Assembly: GCF_009834535.1 (NCBI RefSeq) | Contig: NC_045713.1 | Location: 21,762,001-21,826,000 of the forward strand | Source of the DNA: Camelus ferus | Lineage: Eukaryota | Reading direction: 5' to 3' | Length of the DNA: 64,000 nt | Shown: in pieces, positions 1-11,700 of the stretch | Layout of the letters: each line of letters starts with the position of its first letter | How positions within the stretch are numbered: the first letter of the stretch is position 1 | The notes under the pieces: model-generated | Database searches by the model: none | Seen by the model: only the letters and a program-made list of their open reading frames with translations | What the model was told of the DNA's origin: nothing | Made by a program: the position numbers and the translations under genes

Positions 1-75
1 TCCCACACCCACGCTGAGACCCTGGGCAACACATGACCTCTCTGGGTCTCAGTTTATCCATCAGCAAAATGGGGT
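1..75. mobile_element. MIR fragment in MSLN intron
   Basis: GACCCTGGGCAACACATGACCTCTCTGGGTCTCAGTTTATCCATCAGCAAAATGGGG. Confidence 0.65.
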
Positions 76-203
76 GTTTCTGTTCACTCTCTTGGGTCAT
101 CATGATTGACAAGAAGGGCCGCAGGCGCAGGCAGGTGAGACATCACATGCCAGCCCCCACCCTACATCTTCTGACGCCTAATGGGGCTGGGCACTGTGCT
201 CAC

Positions 204-1162
204 TCTCTGTGCCCCGCCGGGCCCTTGGGATGATGACGGTCAGCTCAGGCTGTGGCCAGGACTGGTCCCTGGAGGTGTGCTGCAGCCATGAAGTCGTGAG
301 GCCCTGAGAACAAAGCAGCGCTGGGACTGAGCAGAGAAGCCTGGCGCTCAAGGACCCCCACCCAGGGCCAGAAAACCCTCTTTGATTCCCCAGAGGGGCC
401 TTACCAATCCCGTATCTGCAGCCTGGGCCCTGGAAGGTAACATCCACCCTGCAGGGGAGGGCACACCAGGCTCAAGGGATGGCCAGGGACTTCCAGCAAT
501 GCCTGCTGCAGTCCCCCACCCTGGCGAGGAAGGAGACAAAGCTGGCCCCTCCCAGCCCCGTGCACACCCCATGGGTGTAGAAGCAGAGGGTTAGGCCCCT
601 GCACCCCACAATATCACGTCCCGCAACACCACACCAGGGAGCACAGGCCTCCTCCTGGGGCCCTACTGCTCAGGGCAGTCAGACACCTGTCTCATGGGCA
701 CCCTCAGTTTGGCCTGTGCCCCCATCACCACCCTGCCTCAACCTCCAACCCCGTAGGTCACCGCAGTCCAGCATGGGTGCCAGACATAGTCACCTCTCAG
801 GGCAGAGATATGGCTGACAGCCTGCCTGGGACTTGAGGCACCTGATGAGATTCAAGACACTTGTCTGGGCTCAGGGCACCTACTTAGATTCAGAGCATCT
901 GCCCAGGATTCGAGGCACCTGCCTAGGGCAGGGTCGGGGGGCACTGTCCACAGCCAGGGAAGGAAGCATAGAGCAGGTAGCGCCTTTCCTAAGGCCCCGA
1001 GCCCTAGGGACCCACAGCTACCCTTGGACACTCTCTGGCACTCCAGTATTTTGCTGCAGCTCATCGTCATTACTCACCGAGGCTGAGAAGCAGGAGCAGG
1101 AGGCTGCCATGAGTTGAGGTCCCACAGGACTCCAGTGGGGTTCGAGCAGTCTGCAAAGCCAT
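204..1162 (-). CDS. MSLN: Mesothelin, 5' coding exons (gene continues off the left edge); MPF-coding exons absent
   Basis: Exons 1162-1078 (MALQTARTPLESCGTSTHGSLLLLLLSL-G), 448-405 (GWMLPSRAQAADTGL) and 303-204 (GLTTSWLQHTSRDQSWPQPELTVIIPRARRGTE). All have GT-AG sites and compatible phases. They match human MALPTARPLLGSCG.../GWVQPSRTLAGETGQ/GIVAAWRQRSSRDPSWRQPERTILRPRFRREVE. Synteny with CIAO3 agrees. Confidence 0.93.
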
Positions 1163-3581
1163 GGTCTGTGGAGGACAGCCACTCTGATGTCCCCACTTCT
1201 TCCCCTCCCCACCGCTTCCCTGCACCCACGATACTGCCCCAGGCCAGTGTGGGGCCTTGTGGGGCTGCAGGGGTCTCAGGGCCCTGGAGGGCTACCAGCT
1301 CAAACCTTCACAGGCCTCCCCGGCAGCGGCAGTGTCTGTGTGTGTGGCCTCTGGCCCTCCTCTCAGGACCAACCAGCCTGCCTGGCCCGCCTCCTCCGGG
1401 AAACCTGCCCTTCTGCCAGAGGGGTCAGGTCTGAGTCAGCCTGGCCCTCAGCTGTGAGAGCCCAGGCGGGCGCCCATCCTCTCTCCCCATGGGGCAGGGC
1501 GGGAGAGTTTCGTGTGCAAGGAAGCAGGGCCTGGCTGGCCTTGGTGTCCCCACCCCAAGCAGAGGGACAGAGCAGTTTGGAGGCTGGGGGTCACGCTGAC
1601 CCCTCAACCTGCAGCATGGCCGTCCTCCCCGCCCACCCACAGCCACAGGTGCCTGGCTTTGTGTAATCCCAGGGCCCTCCTAGGTGGACGAGGCCGCCAC
1701 AGCCCACCTGCCATCCTGGTTTCCCTTCTGAGGTCCTTCCGGAAACAGAGGCCTGGACCAGTGTGAGTGGAAGGTGGGTGGGGTGCTGCTCCCTAAAGAG
1801 GGGGGCTTGCAGGAAACCGAACCACCTTCCACTCTTGCCCTCCCAGAGAGACCCAGAGTGGGAGGCCGCCTACAGCCAAGGGCAGTGGAGCCATACCCTC
1901 CCCCAAACCTTCGCCAAGGCCTGTGTCGGGCCCCACCCCAGCTCAGAAATGGGGGAGAGGCACGTTTATGTCTCAGCAACCGCTTTCAGCCAGGCAAAGA
2001 GCCCAGCCTGGGGGAGTGCCCTGGAGAATGGGCCGCTCACTGGGGCCCCTACCTGTGGGGTGGGTGAGGCCAGGCAAAGGCTGTGCAGCCCCTGCTGTCT
2101 CCTCTCAGCCCCTACCCCCATCCCATGTAACCAGGGACCCCCCCTAGTGCCCTAGCTGGGGTCTCCCACTATAGGCCCTGGAATCTGCAACCTACCCCCA
2201 GGTAGGCCAGATTGGGCCACAGATGCACCTCAGCTGTCTTGGAGCTGCAGCTTCCAGAGTAGCCCAGGTGTGACCTGCAGAAGCCACATCTGTTTCGGCC
2301 AGTCTAGGGCAGGCATATTTGTGTGACAAGGGAACAGTCCCCTATGGCACTCTGCCTCCCTATGCAAGGCTGCTCTGATGCTTCCCCTTCTGGGCTGGGA
2401 TGGTCCCATCTCCAACCCTGAGCCCTCCAAGACCAGTGTTCCCCTGGACCCCTGTCACTCATTAACCACCTCATACTCGCTGAGTGCCTACTGTGTGCTG
2501 GGCCCTACACGGACGCTGATACACACCGGGGTAGGTGATTCAAGCCCTACCCAGGACCTAGGGGTGGGGCCTGCCACAGAGAGGGCTGGCCCTGCTCCTG
2601 CCCTCTTGTCCCTGCCCTGCTAGCCTATGGGGTCTGGCATCCGAGTGGACCACCAGCTGAGCAGAGTGGTGTGTGAGACAGAGGTAGCTGTGACTGTGAC
2701 AGAGGAATGGTCAGCTCCAACCCCCGAGCCCAGGGGTCATCAGCTCATAGCCTCCAGCAGGTGTGCAGCTGCAGGACACTGGCTGAAGCTCTCTCCCGCC
2801 CCACTTGTCCTACCCACCTCCAGAACCTCCCACCCCAGCTCAACCACAGTCCCCAAAGTCTGGCCTTCAAATGATGGAAAATGAATTTAGACCACATTCC
2901 CTGCCAGCTTCAGATTCCTCTGGTGAGGGTGGGCAGGGGCATGGATCACAGATTTAGGGTCTTGGATACAGGGTCATTTTATCTGCCCTAAGCACAGAGA
3001 TGTTGTGTGGCCAGCCCGGGGTCACACAGCATGTCAGAAGCAGCTAGGGCTAGAGTAGAGTTGACCCTGAGGGCACTGCCCTCTGAGAACAGGGGAGGTG
3101 ATCCTCACTGCTCCCCAAGTGCAGTGGGAACTAGGGAGGGAGCATACAGAGGGGGCAGGGGTGGGGTTTCCCCACCACCCCAGCCTGCTTGTGTGGGGCT
3201 GGCCAGGGTCCCCTGCAGGGTGGGTCCCAGTACCAGCCTCCACTTAATCCCTGCTCCTACCCAGAGCTGCTTGGCTAAAGGTGCTGACAGAGGTGTCCCC
3301 CATTCCCCTTCGCAGGCCTGCCCTCCCACGTGACCCCACTCCACACAGATGAGGCCATGGTCATGAGCCTGGACCCTGGGCTGGGAGCTCCCAGTCACCT
3401 CCACAGGATCTGGGGGACCCTGCTTGTGGTGACTCTGATGTTCCAGGGTGATCAGCCAACTCTGAGCCTCCTCTGATTCAGTTTCATCAACTGGGAAGCA
3501 AGAGGCTGGCAGCCTCTGAGGTCTGTCGAGGCAAACAAATGAGGCACTGGCCGGCAGCTGGGAGTGGCAGTACTCAGGCCA

Positions 3582-3604
3582 CAGGAATGTGTGGGAGGAT
3601 GGAG
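3582..3604 (-). promoter_or_regulatory. Canscript-like MSLN enhancer core (MCAT/TEAD site plus C-rich Sp1-like half)
   Basis: The minus strand reads CTCCATCCTCCCACACATTCCTG, about 2.4 kb upstream of the MSLN ATG. It resembles the human MSLN Canscript element, recalled as TCTCCACCCACACATTCCTG. Confidence 0.6.
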
Positions 3605-5059
3605 TCCTGGGGAGGGTTGTGGGGTGGAGAGCTGCCTCTGCCTCTCCCACTGTGGGCGGGTGTGGGAGCCTCGGGCAGATTGACCCACATACCAGGTGTG
3701 TGTAGAGCCACGCCCTTGCCTCTTAGGGTCTTACTCTCCCATTTCTCAGGTGGGGAAACTGAGGCTCGCTGCTGCAGGGAGGTCACAATCACACAGCAAG
3801 GTGAGGTGTGTTCTCCCAGCTGGTGCCATGAGAGTCTCCGTCGGCCACCCCTCCAAGCCCAAGGTCAGCAGGTTTGGGGTGGTGGCTACTTGGCCAGAAT
3901 GTGACTCCCGGGAGCGAGTTCCGGGATCAGGGCCGTTTGGCCTGCACATCACCATGGGGGTGGTCAGATGTGGGGCTGAAGGAGCCCACCTACTGAGGTA
4001 CCGGCTGTCTCCCAGGTGGGAGGTGGAAGCCACCTTCCTGCTGCTGTGGCTACAAGGTTAGACAGTGTGTGTGTCTTTGTGCTGGCCGGATGCCAGCATC
4101 CGCATGCCGATCTGACTTTGCTCCATGGCTTTGGTGTGCACCCCGGCAGATGGAGTCCCTGTGGCTCCCTCACTGCCCACCCCAACCCTGTGTGCTCCAA
4201 CATTTTGGTGAACAAGAATCCCCTGTGTGAAGTCTGTCTCTGCATTTTACATCTGCAAAGGTTTCTGTTGGCTGATCCAAGTATGTACAGCTGCCCCGTC
4301 TCTGACCTTTTTCCATGAGCTGGGTCTTCTATTACGTGCAGTGGAGCCAAATGCTAATTGATACAGAATTCAGGAAGGCTGCCAGGTATAAGAACCAACT
4401 TATGCATAGAGTAAGTGCCCTGGAAAAAAAGTTCCGTTCGCAGAGAACAGCTGAAAACTTCTGGACAAGATGTAAAAAACCAATTCCCTAAGGGCTCTGG
4501 GGTGTGAAGGAAACAAGACAGATTTCAGGTGGGAATTGATACCAGCATGGGGTGTGTTTCCCTTTGTGTGAGGGGCTTTATTGGGTGGAGCACTTAGACT
4601 CCAGCAGAAATCACACCACGTTTCTGGCTGAAGAGAGGAAGGAGCCCAGAATCCCCAGACAGTAGAGAGTGAATGGAGAACCCTGAAAAAGAGAGAGCCA
4701 GAGGAGGGAACCCCAAATTCTGTGCATGGATGCCACCTAGACCTCCTGCTGACCCCTGAGCCACGTGTGCAGGGCAGACGGGAAACAGCTCAGATTACAA
4801 ACTGGCCAAGACTGACCTCTGCCCTCCTCGGGGTGGCAGAGGTTACAGCTCAAGTCTGACTGAGCTCATTGTCCACCAAAACAGAGGCATCAACAGTCTT
4901 TGTAGGAATATAACAGAATGCAGTGTCCACACAATAAAATAGTCACAACATTTGTGACTTGGCATAGGGAGAGCTGGGAGATTGTGACCCATTCTCCAGG
5001 GAAGAGAATCCATGCCAAGTTAAGATAGTTATTAGCATTATTAGACATCGAGGGAATGG

Positions 5060-5200
5060 AAAATTAGCTCTTGTGAATGCCGAGGTAGGAAAAAATGACA
5101 GTATTTTCTAAAGAACCAAACAGGAAATATTAAAAATGAAAAATCTGAAATTTAAAAATTCCCTGGATGGACTTAACCGGATCCATCACTTCCAATTGAG
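5060..5200 (+). mobile_element. Old LINE-1 ORF1 remnant
   Basis: A-rich. Translates KNLKFKNSLDGLNR, resembling the L1 ORF1p coiled-coil segment KNSLDGLNSR. Confidence 0.55.
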
Positions 5201-6441
5201 GGTTAGGTGGGAGCTACCCAATTGCACAGTTAAATGGATTGTGAGATGTGGCAGTTTCCTCTGTGCCTGCAAGGAGGAACTGCAGTCTGAGCTCAAAAGA
5301 TACAGCGACTGTGGTCTGCCTGGGAAAGGAGGGGTCATGTCTGGTTTTAACTCTGATTGCATAAGAAGTATATGAAACACATTATTTTTGTTGTTGTTAA
5401 GATGACGGTAAAGCATTATATGTTTTGCCTGTAAGTTCTGTTCTCCCTTGTAATGTTAGGTTGACTTTGTTAAGAGACATTATCAAGTCAGAAGCAAAAG
5501 GTAAATTCCAAAGGCATCCGGCGTTCGATGACTCAGATTAAAGGAAGCTCTTCTCTGTGTATATCCTAACATTGAATTCTACACGTCAAATGGGTAAGTT
5601 ACATGGTGTGGAAATTCTATCTCAGGGAAGCTGTTTTTGAAAGACAAGCCAAAGACTTGAATAGACACTTTACAAAAGAAGTTAACGGTTAATGGTCAAT
5701 CAGCTCATGAGAAGATGCCCAACTCCACCACTCCCTGGGGAGATGCAAATCAAATCCACAAGGAGACACACACCCACCAGAATGACAGCATTTAAAGGCA
5801 CTGACAAGGCCAAGTGTGTCACAGATGTGGGACAGTTGGGAGTCTCGAACCCTGCTGGCGGGAGCACAAGGTAATATTGGCACTTCTGTTTGGCATTTTC
5901 TTACTAAGCTAAACATACAATTAACCATGCAACTTAGCCATTCTCCTCCTAAGTAACTGGTCCAGAGAAACAAATAAGTGCACAGAAAGACTTGTACGTG
6001 AATATTCCTAGCAACTCTACTCACAATACCAAAATGGGGAAAAACAACTTCCCATCAACAGATAAACAAAACATGATATATTCACATGATGCCGTCCTAG
6101 TCAGCAGTAAGAAAGAACAAACTACTGATGCGGGGAGGATGAATTTCAAAATCATCATGCTGACTGAAAGAGGCCAACATCAAAGAGGACGTGATGTATG
6201 ATTCTGTTTCTATAAAAATGTTAAACAGCAAACTAATCTATTATGACAAAAAGCACATCAGTGGTGGCCAGGGGCCAGGCAGCTTCATCAAAATTAAGGA
6301 TTCCTGTTCATAGGAGTAAGCAGGGAGGAAACTTTTGGGGGTGATGGAAATGTTCTGTGTCTTTACTGGGGGGAGATTTCATGGGGTGTGTAACCACCCA
6401 AGCTCTTTGGACTGTGCACTTTTTTAAAAATGTTATTTGTA

Positions 6442-6552
6442 GGGGGTGGTAATTAGGTTTATTTATTTATTTTAAATAGAGGCACTGGGGATTGAACCCA
6501 GGACCTTGAGCTTGCTAAGTACATGCTCTACTGCTGAGCTATACCCTCCCCC
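6442..6552 (-). mobile_element. tRNA-derived SINE (camelid Vic-1-like)
   Basis: The reverse complement reads GGGGAGGGTATAGCTCAGCAGTAGAGCATG..GGTCCTGGGTTCAATCCCCAGTGCCTC followed by a (TAAA)n tail. It has pol III A/B boxes and a probable target-site duplication TGGACTGT(G/A)CACTTT. Confidence 0.9.
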
Positions 6553-6809
6553 CTGGACTGTACACTTTAAATGGATGCCTTCATTGTGCATAAATTATAC
6601 CAGAAAACATTGATTTGAAAATCAATAGCATAACAAGTGTTGGCAAGGATGTGGAGAAATTGTTACATTGTGCACTGCTGGTAGGAATGTAAAATGGTGC
6701 AGGGGCTGTAGAAAACAGTCTGGTAGTTCATCAAAAACTTAAGCACAGAATAACCACATAACCCAGCAATTTAAGATACACCCCAAAGATTTGGAAACAG
6801 GGACTGAAA

Positions 6810-6976
6810 NNNNNNNNNNNNNNNNNNNNNNNNNNNNNNNNNNNNNNNNNNNNNNNNNNNNNNNNNNNNNNNNNNNNNNNNNNNNNNNNNNNNNNNNNNN
6901 NNNNNNNNNNNNNNNNNNNNNNNNNNNNNNNNNNNNNNNNNNNNNNNNNNNNNNNNNNNNNNNNNNNNNNNNNNNN
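6810..6976. other. Assembly gap (N run)
   Basis: Run of N. Confidence 1.
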
Positions 6977-7040
6977 CACCGTGGATGAACCTTGAAAACA
7001 TCATGCTCAGTGGAAGAAATCAGATACACAAGAATGGTCG

Positions 7041-7157
7041 GGGGAGGGTACAGCTCAGTGGTAGAGCGTGTGCTCAGCATGCACAAGGTCCTTGGTTCAA
7101 TCCCCAGTGCCTCATTAAATAAATAAATAAAACCTAATATCTGCCCCCCCCAACAAA
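7041..7157 (+). mobile_element. tRNA-derived SINE (camelid Vic-1-like) inserted in L1
   Basis: GGGGAGGGTACAGCTCAGTGGTAGAGCG..GGTTCAATCCCCAGTGCCTCATTAAATAAATAAATAAAACCTAAT. Confidence 0.9.
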
Positions 7158-8779
7158 ATTATGGTGTGATTCCATTTATATGAAATGTCCACATTAGGGA
7201 AACCCATAGAGACAGAAAGTATAACAGAGGTTACCAGGGAGGCAAGGGAAGTGGGAATTATTGTTTATTGGGTGCAGTTTCTGTTTCAGAAGATGAAAAA
7301 GTTCTGGAAACTGGTGGTGGTGATGGTTACGTAACATTGCAAATGTACTTAACCATCACTGAATTGTACACCTAAAAGTTATTACAATGTAATTATTTAT
7401 GTGTATTTTACCACAATAAAACATCAATAGCATTCCTGTCTGTCAGCAATCAGAACAAATTTAATAGGAAAATGTATAATTTCTAATAACAATGAAATCC
7501 ACAAAGTAGATTCATAGAAATCAGCCTATCTGATAACACAGAATTTTTTCTGGAACAACCCAGCATGATTAAGTGTCAGTTCCCCTGACATTATCCTATA
7601 AAGTCAATTCAACCCTAACAGTCAATTCAACCCTAGGAGAATTGTTTTTCAAGAACTCAACAGATTCATTGAACATAAAGGGAATAAATATCCATGAACT
7701 AAACAGAAGAGGCGAAGAGGCAAGCTGCCAGATATTAAGACATCACCACAGTGATTAAGATAGAAACAAAGGCACAGTCTACAGATTTCAAGGAAAATAC
7801 ACCCTGTGCACATGGAGCTTCACTCATGGAAAAGGTGGCTCTGCAGAGCAGTGTCGGGGGAGGGACAGATCCACAGGACCGATGGTGTTGGAAAATGGGA
7901 CGCCCTGAGTGAAGAAAAGTAAAGCAAGAGCCCTTGTTTACATCAGACAAGTTGGATACCGGGTGCATTAAAGACCTGTGTACCACCGAGGGGATTAGAT
8001 GGACAGAAAAAGGAGGGCCTGAGGAACGCAGGGAGATGTGGAGACCCTCCACAACAGAACCTGCCCTGAGCCGGTGGGTGAACGTGACGTCACTGGAGTT
8101 AAGGATTCCCATGCAATAAACAAATCGGCAGCTAACAGGCAGCTGTCAGAAGGAGAGAAGAGATGTCTAACAGCTTATAATGCCATGTGTGGTTCAGAAA
8201 CTGGGAGGACACGTGAAGAACCGCACATCAACAAGAAAAGCCAGAAACCGATAGGAAGGGGGCCCAGGAGGCAAGCAGGAATTCTCAGGAGACTGAGGAG
8301 CTAGTGGCTTGTGAAGCCAGCTTCAACCTTTGCAGGAACCCTAGAAATTCGAACTCAAACCAGGAGATTTACAAAATTCAAAAGGTGGATCACAGCAGGT
8401 GTTGGTGACCATATGCTGAGACAAACCCAGCAATAGATTTTTTTTCCTAATATGCAAAAGTATGTGATGCTCTTTAAAGAAATGTAAGAAAATGTGGAAA
8501 GATGACAGTTGCCCTGGTTCCCACCTCCTGCCCAGTCCCTGCAGCCCACTGGGGGGGCCCCTCTAGCCTTTCCTCATGGTGCAGTCCTGGTGCACAGCCC
8601 ACCTCCTGCTCGCCTACCCATCACGCACACCCCCTGCCTGTCCTGTCAGGAGTTGCCCTCCAGCTACCCTTGGCTTGTTCACCATTTTTGAGTGAACAAA
8701 ACAATTTAGGGGCTGTTTATTCTGCAATTAAAAAAAAAGAAAAGCTTTTTGCGTTTTTTTTTTCCACCTGGCTGAGCCT

Positions 8780-11700
8780 GCTCCCATCAGGGCACCTCCA
8801 GCCACACCTAAGAAGTGGGATAAATAATCTCTTCTGGCTTGGCTGTTTCCATTGCCAGTGTAGACCCATGTAGCTCTGATCCAGTAATCCCCATGAAGCC
8901 AAGGGCAGCCAGCCAGGTCTCCTGGCAGGACCCACATTCCCAGGGGACAGGAGCCGTGCCCAAAGCTCAGTAGGTTGGCTCCTGCTCCGATTTCTCAAAA
9001 AAAAAAACCTGTCCCCCAGTCTGGGCAAAATAGAAAAGGGGACCAGAGTCCGCTGGCTTGGAGCCTGGGGCAGACATACAGTGGGCCTCTGCTCCAGGTC
9101 ACCACTTCCGAACCCTAACTCAGCTGGTTCTGCTGGCTGTGTACTTGAGTGTGCTGGCCAAGGATGGGGCTGGGGGTGCAGAAGGCCGTGGGGCTGCCAT
9201 TTGCCCAGCTGCCTCCTGTTCCTCATGCCTGGCTGCCCAGCACTGCCCAGTCACCCCCTGCTGGACCTCTCCTGCTGCCTGGGGCCCAGCATCCCAGAGC
9301 CGTGCAGCCAGGACGTGGCACTCTGTCACCAGGCTCCCCTGTGGCCTTTTGTGCTGGTAATGGACAGCACTGTCCTGGCCCAGATCCTGGTGGACACCTC
9401 CCACAACGTTTTCCAGCAGATGTAGGAGCAGGCAGGCATGGGAAGCCCTGACACTGGGTCTGAGGAGGCCTGGGTGGTGACCCCACCCACACGTGCCCTG
9501 ACCCTAGAAGGAAGGGCCCCCTCACTGTCTTCCAGCTGCTCCCAGAACCGGCACCCACAGCATCTGCAGAAATGTCCTGACCTGCAGGTGTCTGGGGGTG
9601 AGGGTGGGTGGGCAGAGCCATCTTAATCCCCTGACCCCCCACCCCACCACAGTCCCAGGCCCTGGGGCAGTCACTGGGGACAGCCCTGGCTAGAGTCAGA
9701 GGTCAGGCTTGGACCCTGAAGGCCCCATCCCAGGTCCTAGGCTTGAGGGCTGCCTCCTTTGCAGATATCTGAACCCCAGCATGGGCTGAGAAGGGGCCCC
9801 TGGGCACCCCTTCCCCTCGACACATCTGAGTGGCCCTAGGGTGCAAACTCCCAGCTGTGGCTAGATACGCACCTGGGAAACAGCATCGTGTCCAACTAAG
9901 CACCTGCTGGGCTCGAACCCAAGGGTCAGCGGTGGGGAGCACAGGGAGCGGGCACGCGAGGGTGGGGTGCCTCGGGCAGACAAGTGGGAGGACAGACACC
10001 AGAGGACGGCCAGGCTGACAGGCAGTGCACACCCCAGGCCCAGGTCCTGGGTAGACTTGTGCTGGAGCAGCTGGCCACCTTCCCTATGACCTCAGGTGCC
10101 ATCACCTGGAAGCTGGATGTGGACCAGGCCCTGGACCAGCTCTTCCTGGAGCTCACCAGGTGAGCCTCGAGGCATGGCAGGCATCCTGGGCAGCTGGGGT
10201 GGTGCTCTCGGCCCCTCCCATCCTGCCCTCGGGCTACTCCTGTGCCCTGCCTGGCATTGCCAACCCCACATGGCAGGTCCTTCTTCAGCCCCTTGCCGCC
10301 TGCGAGGCCCCCACCATGTTCCAGGACAGCTTCAGATGGTGAGTGGCCGGGCTGTGGGGGGGGGCCACCCCTCAAGACCATTGAGGTGACTTTGCTTCCC
10401 CACTGTCCTCAGGCTCCCAGAATGTCCCCAGTTCTGAGAGAATACAGGCTATACAGACACACACACACACACACACATAACTGCCCGCTGCCTTGGCTGC
10501 CTGTGGGGAGGGTGACCTAATAGAGAAGGGCCCAGATTGGGGTGTGGAGGAGGAGGAGGAGCCCAGGGTGCTTAGGGAGGGCAGGTTTGGAGGGCAGGGC
10601 TGACCCTGGAGGGGTCCTAGGTCACCTCTTCCACACCCCCCACAGAAGGGAAACCAAGGCAGATGTGGAGACATGGGCCAGAACCTCAGATAATTCGGGG
10701 CTGCAGCTCTCCTGGGCCAGAACAGTGGGAGGACAGCACCCCGGGCACACGTGACGGGGGGCCCTGTCGGGGTCTGCTCTGCAGAGTGGCTCCCTGTCCC
10801 CCACACACCCCAAGGCCGCCTGCTCCCTCCTTGAGAGTGGAGGTGCCCCCAGCACAAGAAAGACCTCCTCTTCCAGCGGGTACAGGGGACTCCCAGCTGT
10901 GGCGGCCCTGCTGGGTGAGCAGAGATTGTCAGGGGAGAAGGACAGGGAGCCTGGGGTGGGGTCTCCTGAGGGGAGCCCATGATCTCACAAGCTGGGTGCT
11001 CCCCAGGTTTGGCTGCTGGGTCCCAAAAGCACACTTTCCAGGGTGACTCTCCCACAGTCAGTGGTCAGACCTGACCTTCACAAACCAGTAAAAACATCAC
11101 AGAGAAAACTAGCTGAGCTTCCAATGGCCAAGTGGGTTCCAGTCACGGTGCAGGTCAGCCCCTGAGCTGTCCCCTGGGGTGGGGGCTGCCTGAGCTCCCC
11201 TCACTGGGGAGGTCCAAGGAGTGCTCCAGAAGGTGGCGGGGCCGAGGGCTGAGCAGGGAAGGGCCTGTCCCAGGCAGTAGGGGCTGGGTGAGGGGTGACT
11301 GGAAGGACAGCGTCGGGGGTCACACACAGGGTTGGTGGGGGATCTACAGATGGGGGAGTAAGGAGGGGGTCAGACGTAGCAGTGGAGGAGTAGTGATGTT
11401 GCCTGTTCCCCCGTAGTGGGGGTGTTGGTCGCCAGCGTGCCAGAGATGGACATGTTTGTAAAAACTGACCCCAGGGAGGTCCGAGTGGGCAGTCAGACAT
11501 CTCTAGGTCTGTCATCTTCTCAGGCCAGGCTGGTGGAGCAGCTCTGGATGCCCCCCTCAACCCTTGCCTGGGGTACACCAGCCCCAGACCTGCTGTGATT
11601 GCAGGGTTGGGGCCTACGACTACTTAGGGGCCCACAGGTCCCACAACACGCAGAGGGGCTGCCTCTCCAGAAGCCAGGTTACCAAGACCTGCAGGGTGAG

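Larger units (their letters stand above)
5630..7850 (+). mobile_element. Nested old LINE-1 (L1M-type) ORF2 3'/3'UTR fragments
   Basis: Typical L1 strings are present: GACTTGAATAGACACTTTACAAAAGAAG, GAGATGCAAATCAAA, ACAAGTGTTGGCAAGGATGTGGAGAAA, GGATGAACCTTGAAAACATCATGCTCAGTG, GTGATTCCATTTATATGAAATGTCCA. Interrupted by two SINEs and an N-gap. Confidence 0.8.

Noticed and set aside
7603-7635. 18-bp tandem duplication GTCAATTCAACCCTAACA
   Set aside because: It lies inside an old L1 fragment and is an ordinary slippage duplication.
10838-10880. CPQHKKDLLF resembles the MSLNL motif CPQSRKDVLY
   Set aside because: The downstream exon length does not fit MSLNL. The block fits better in collinear order with STRC and is treated under that finding.
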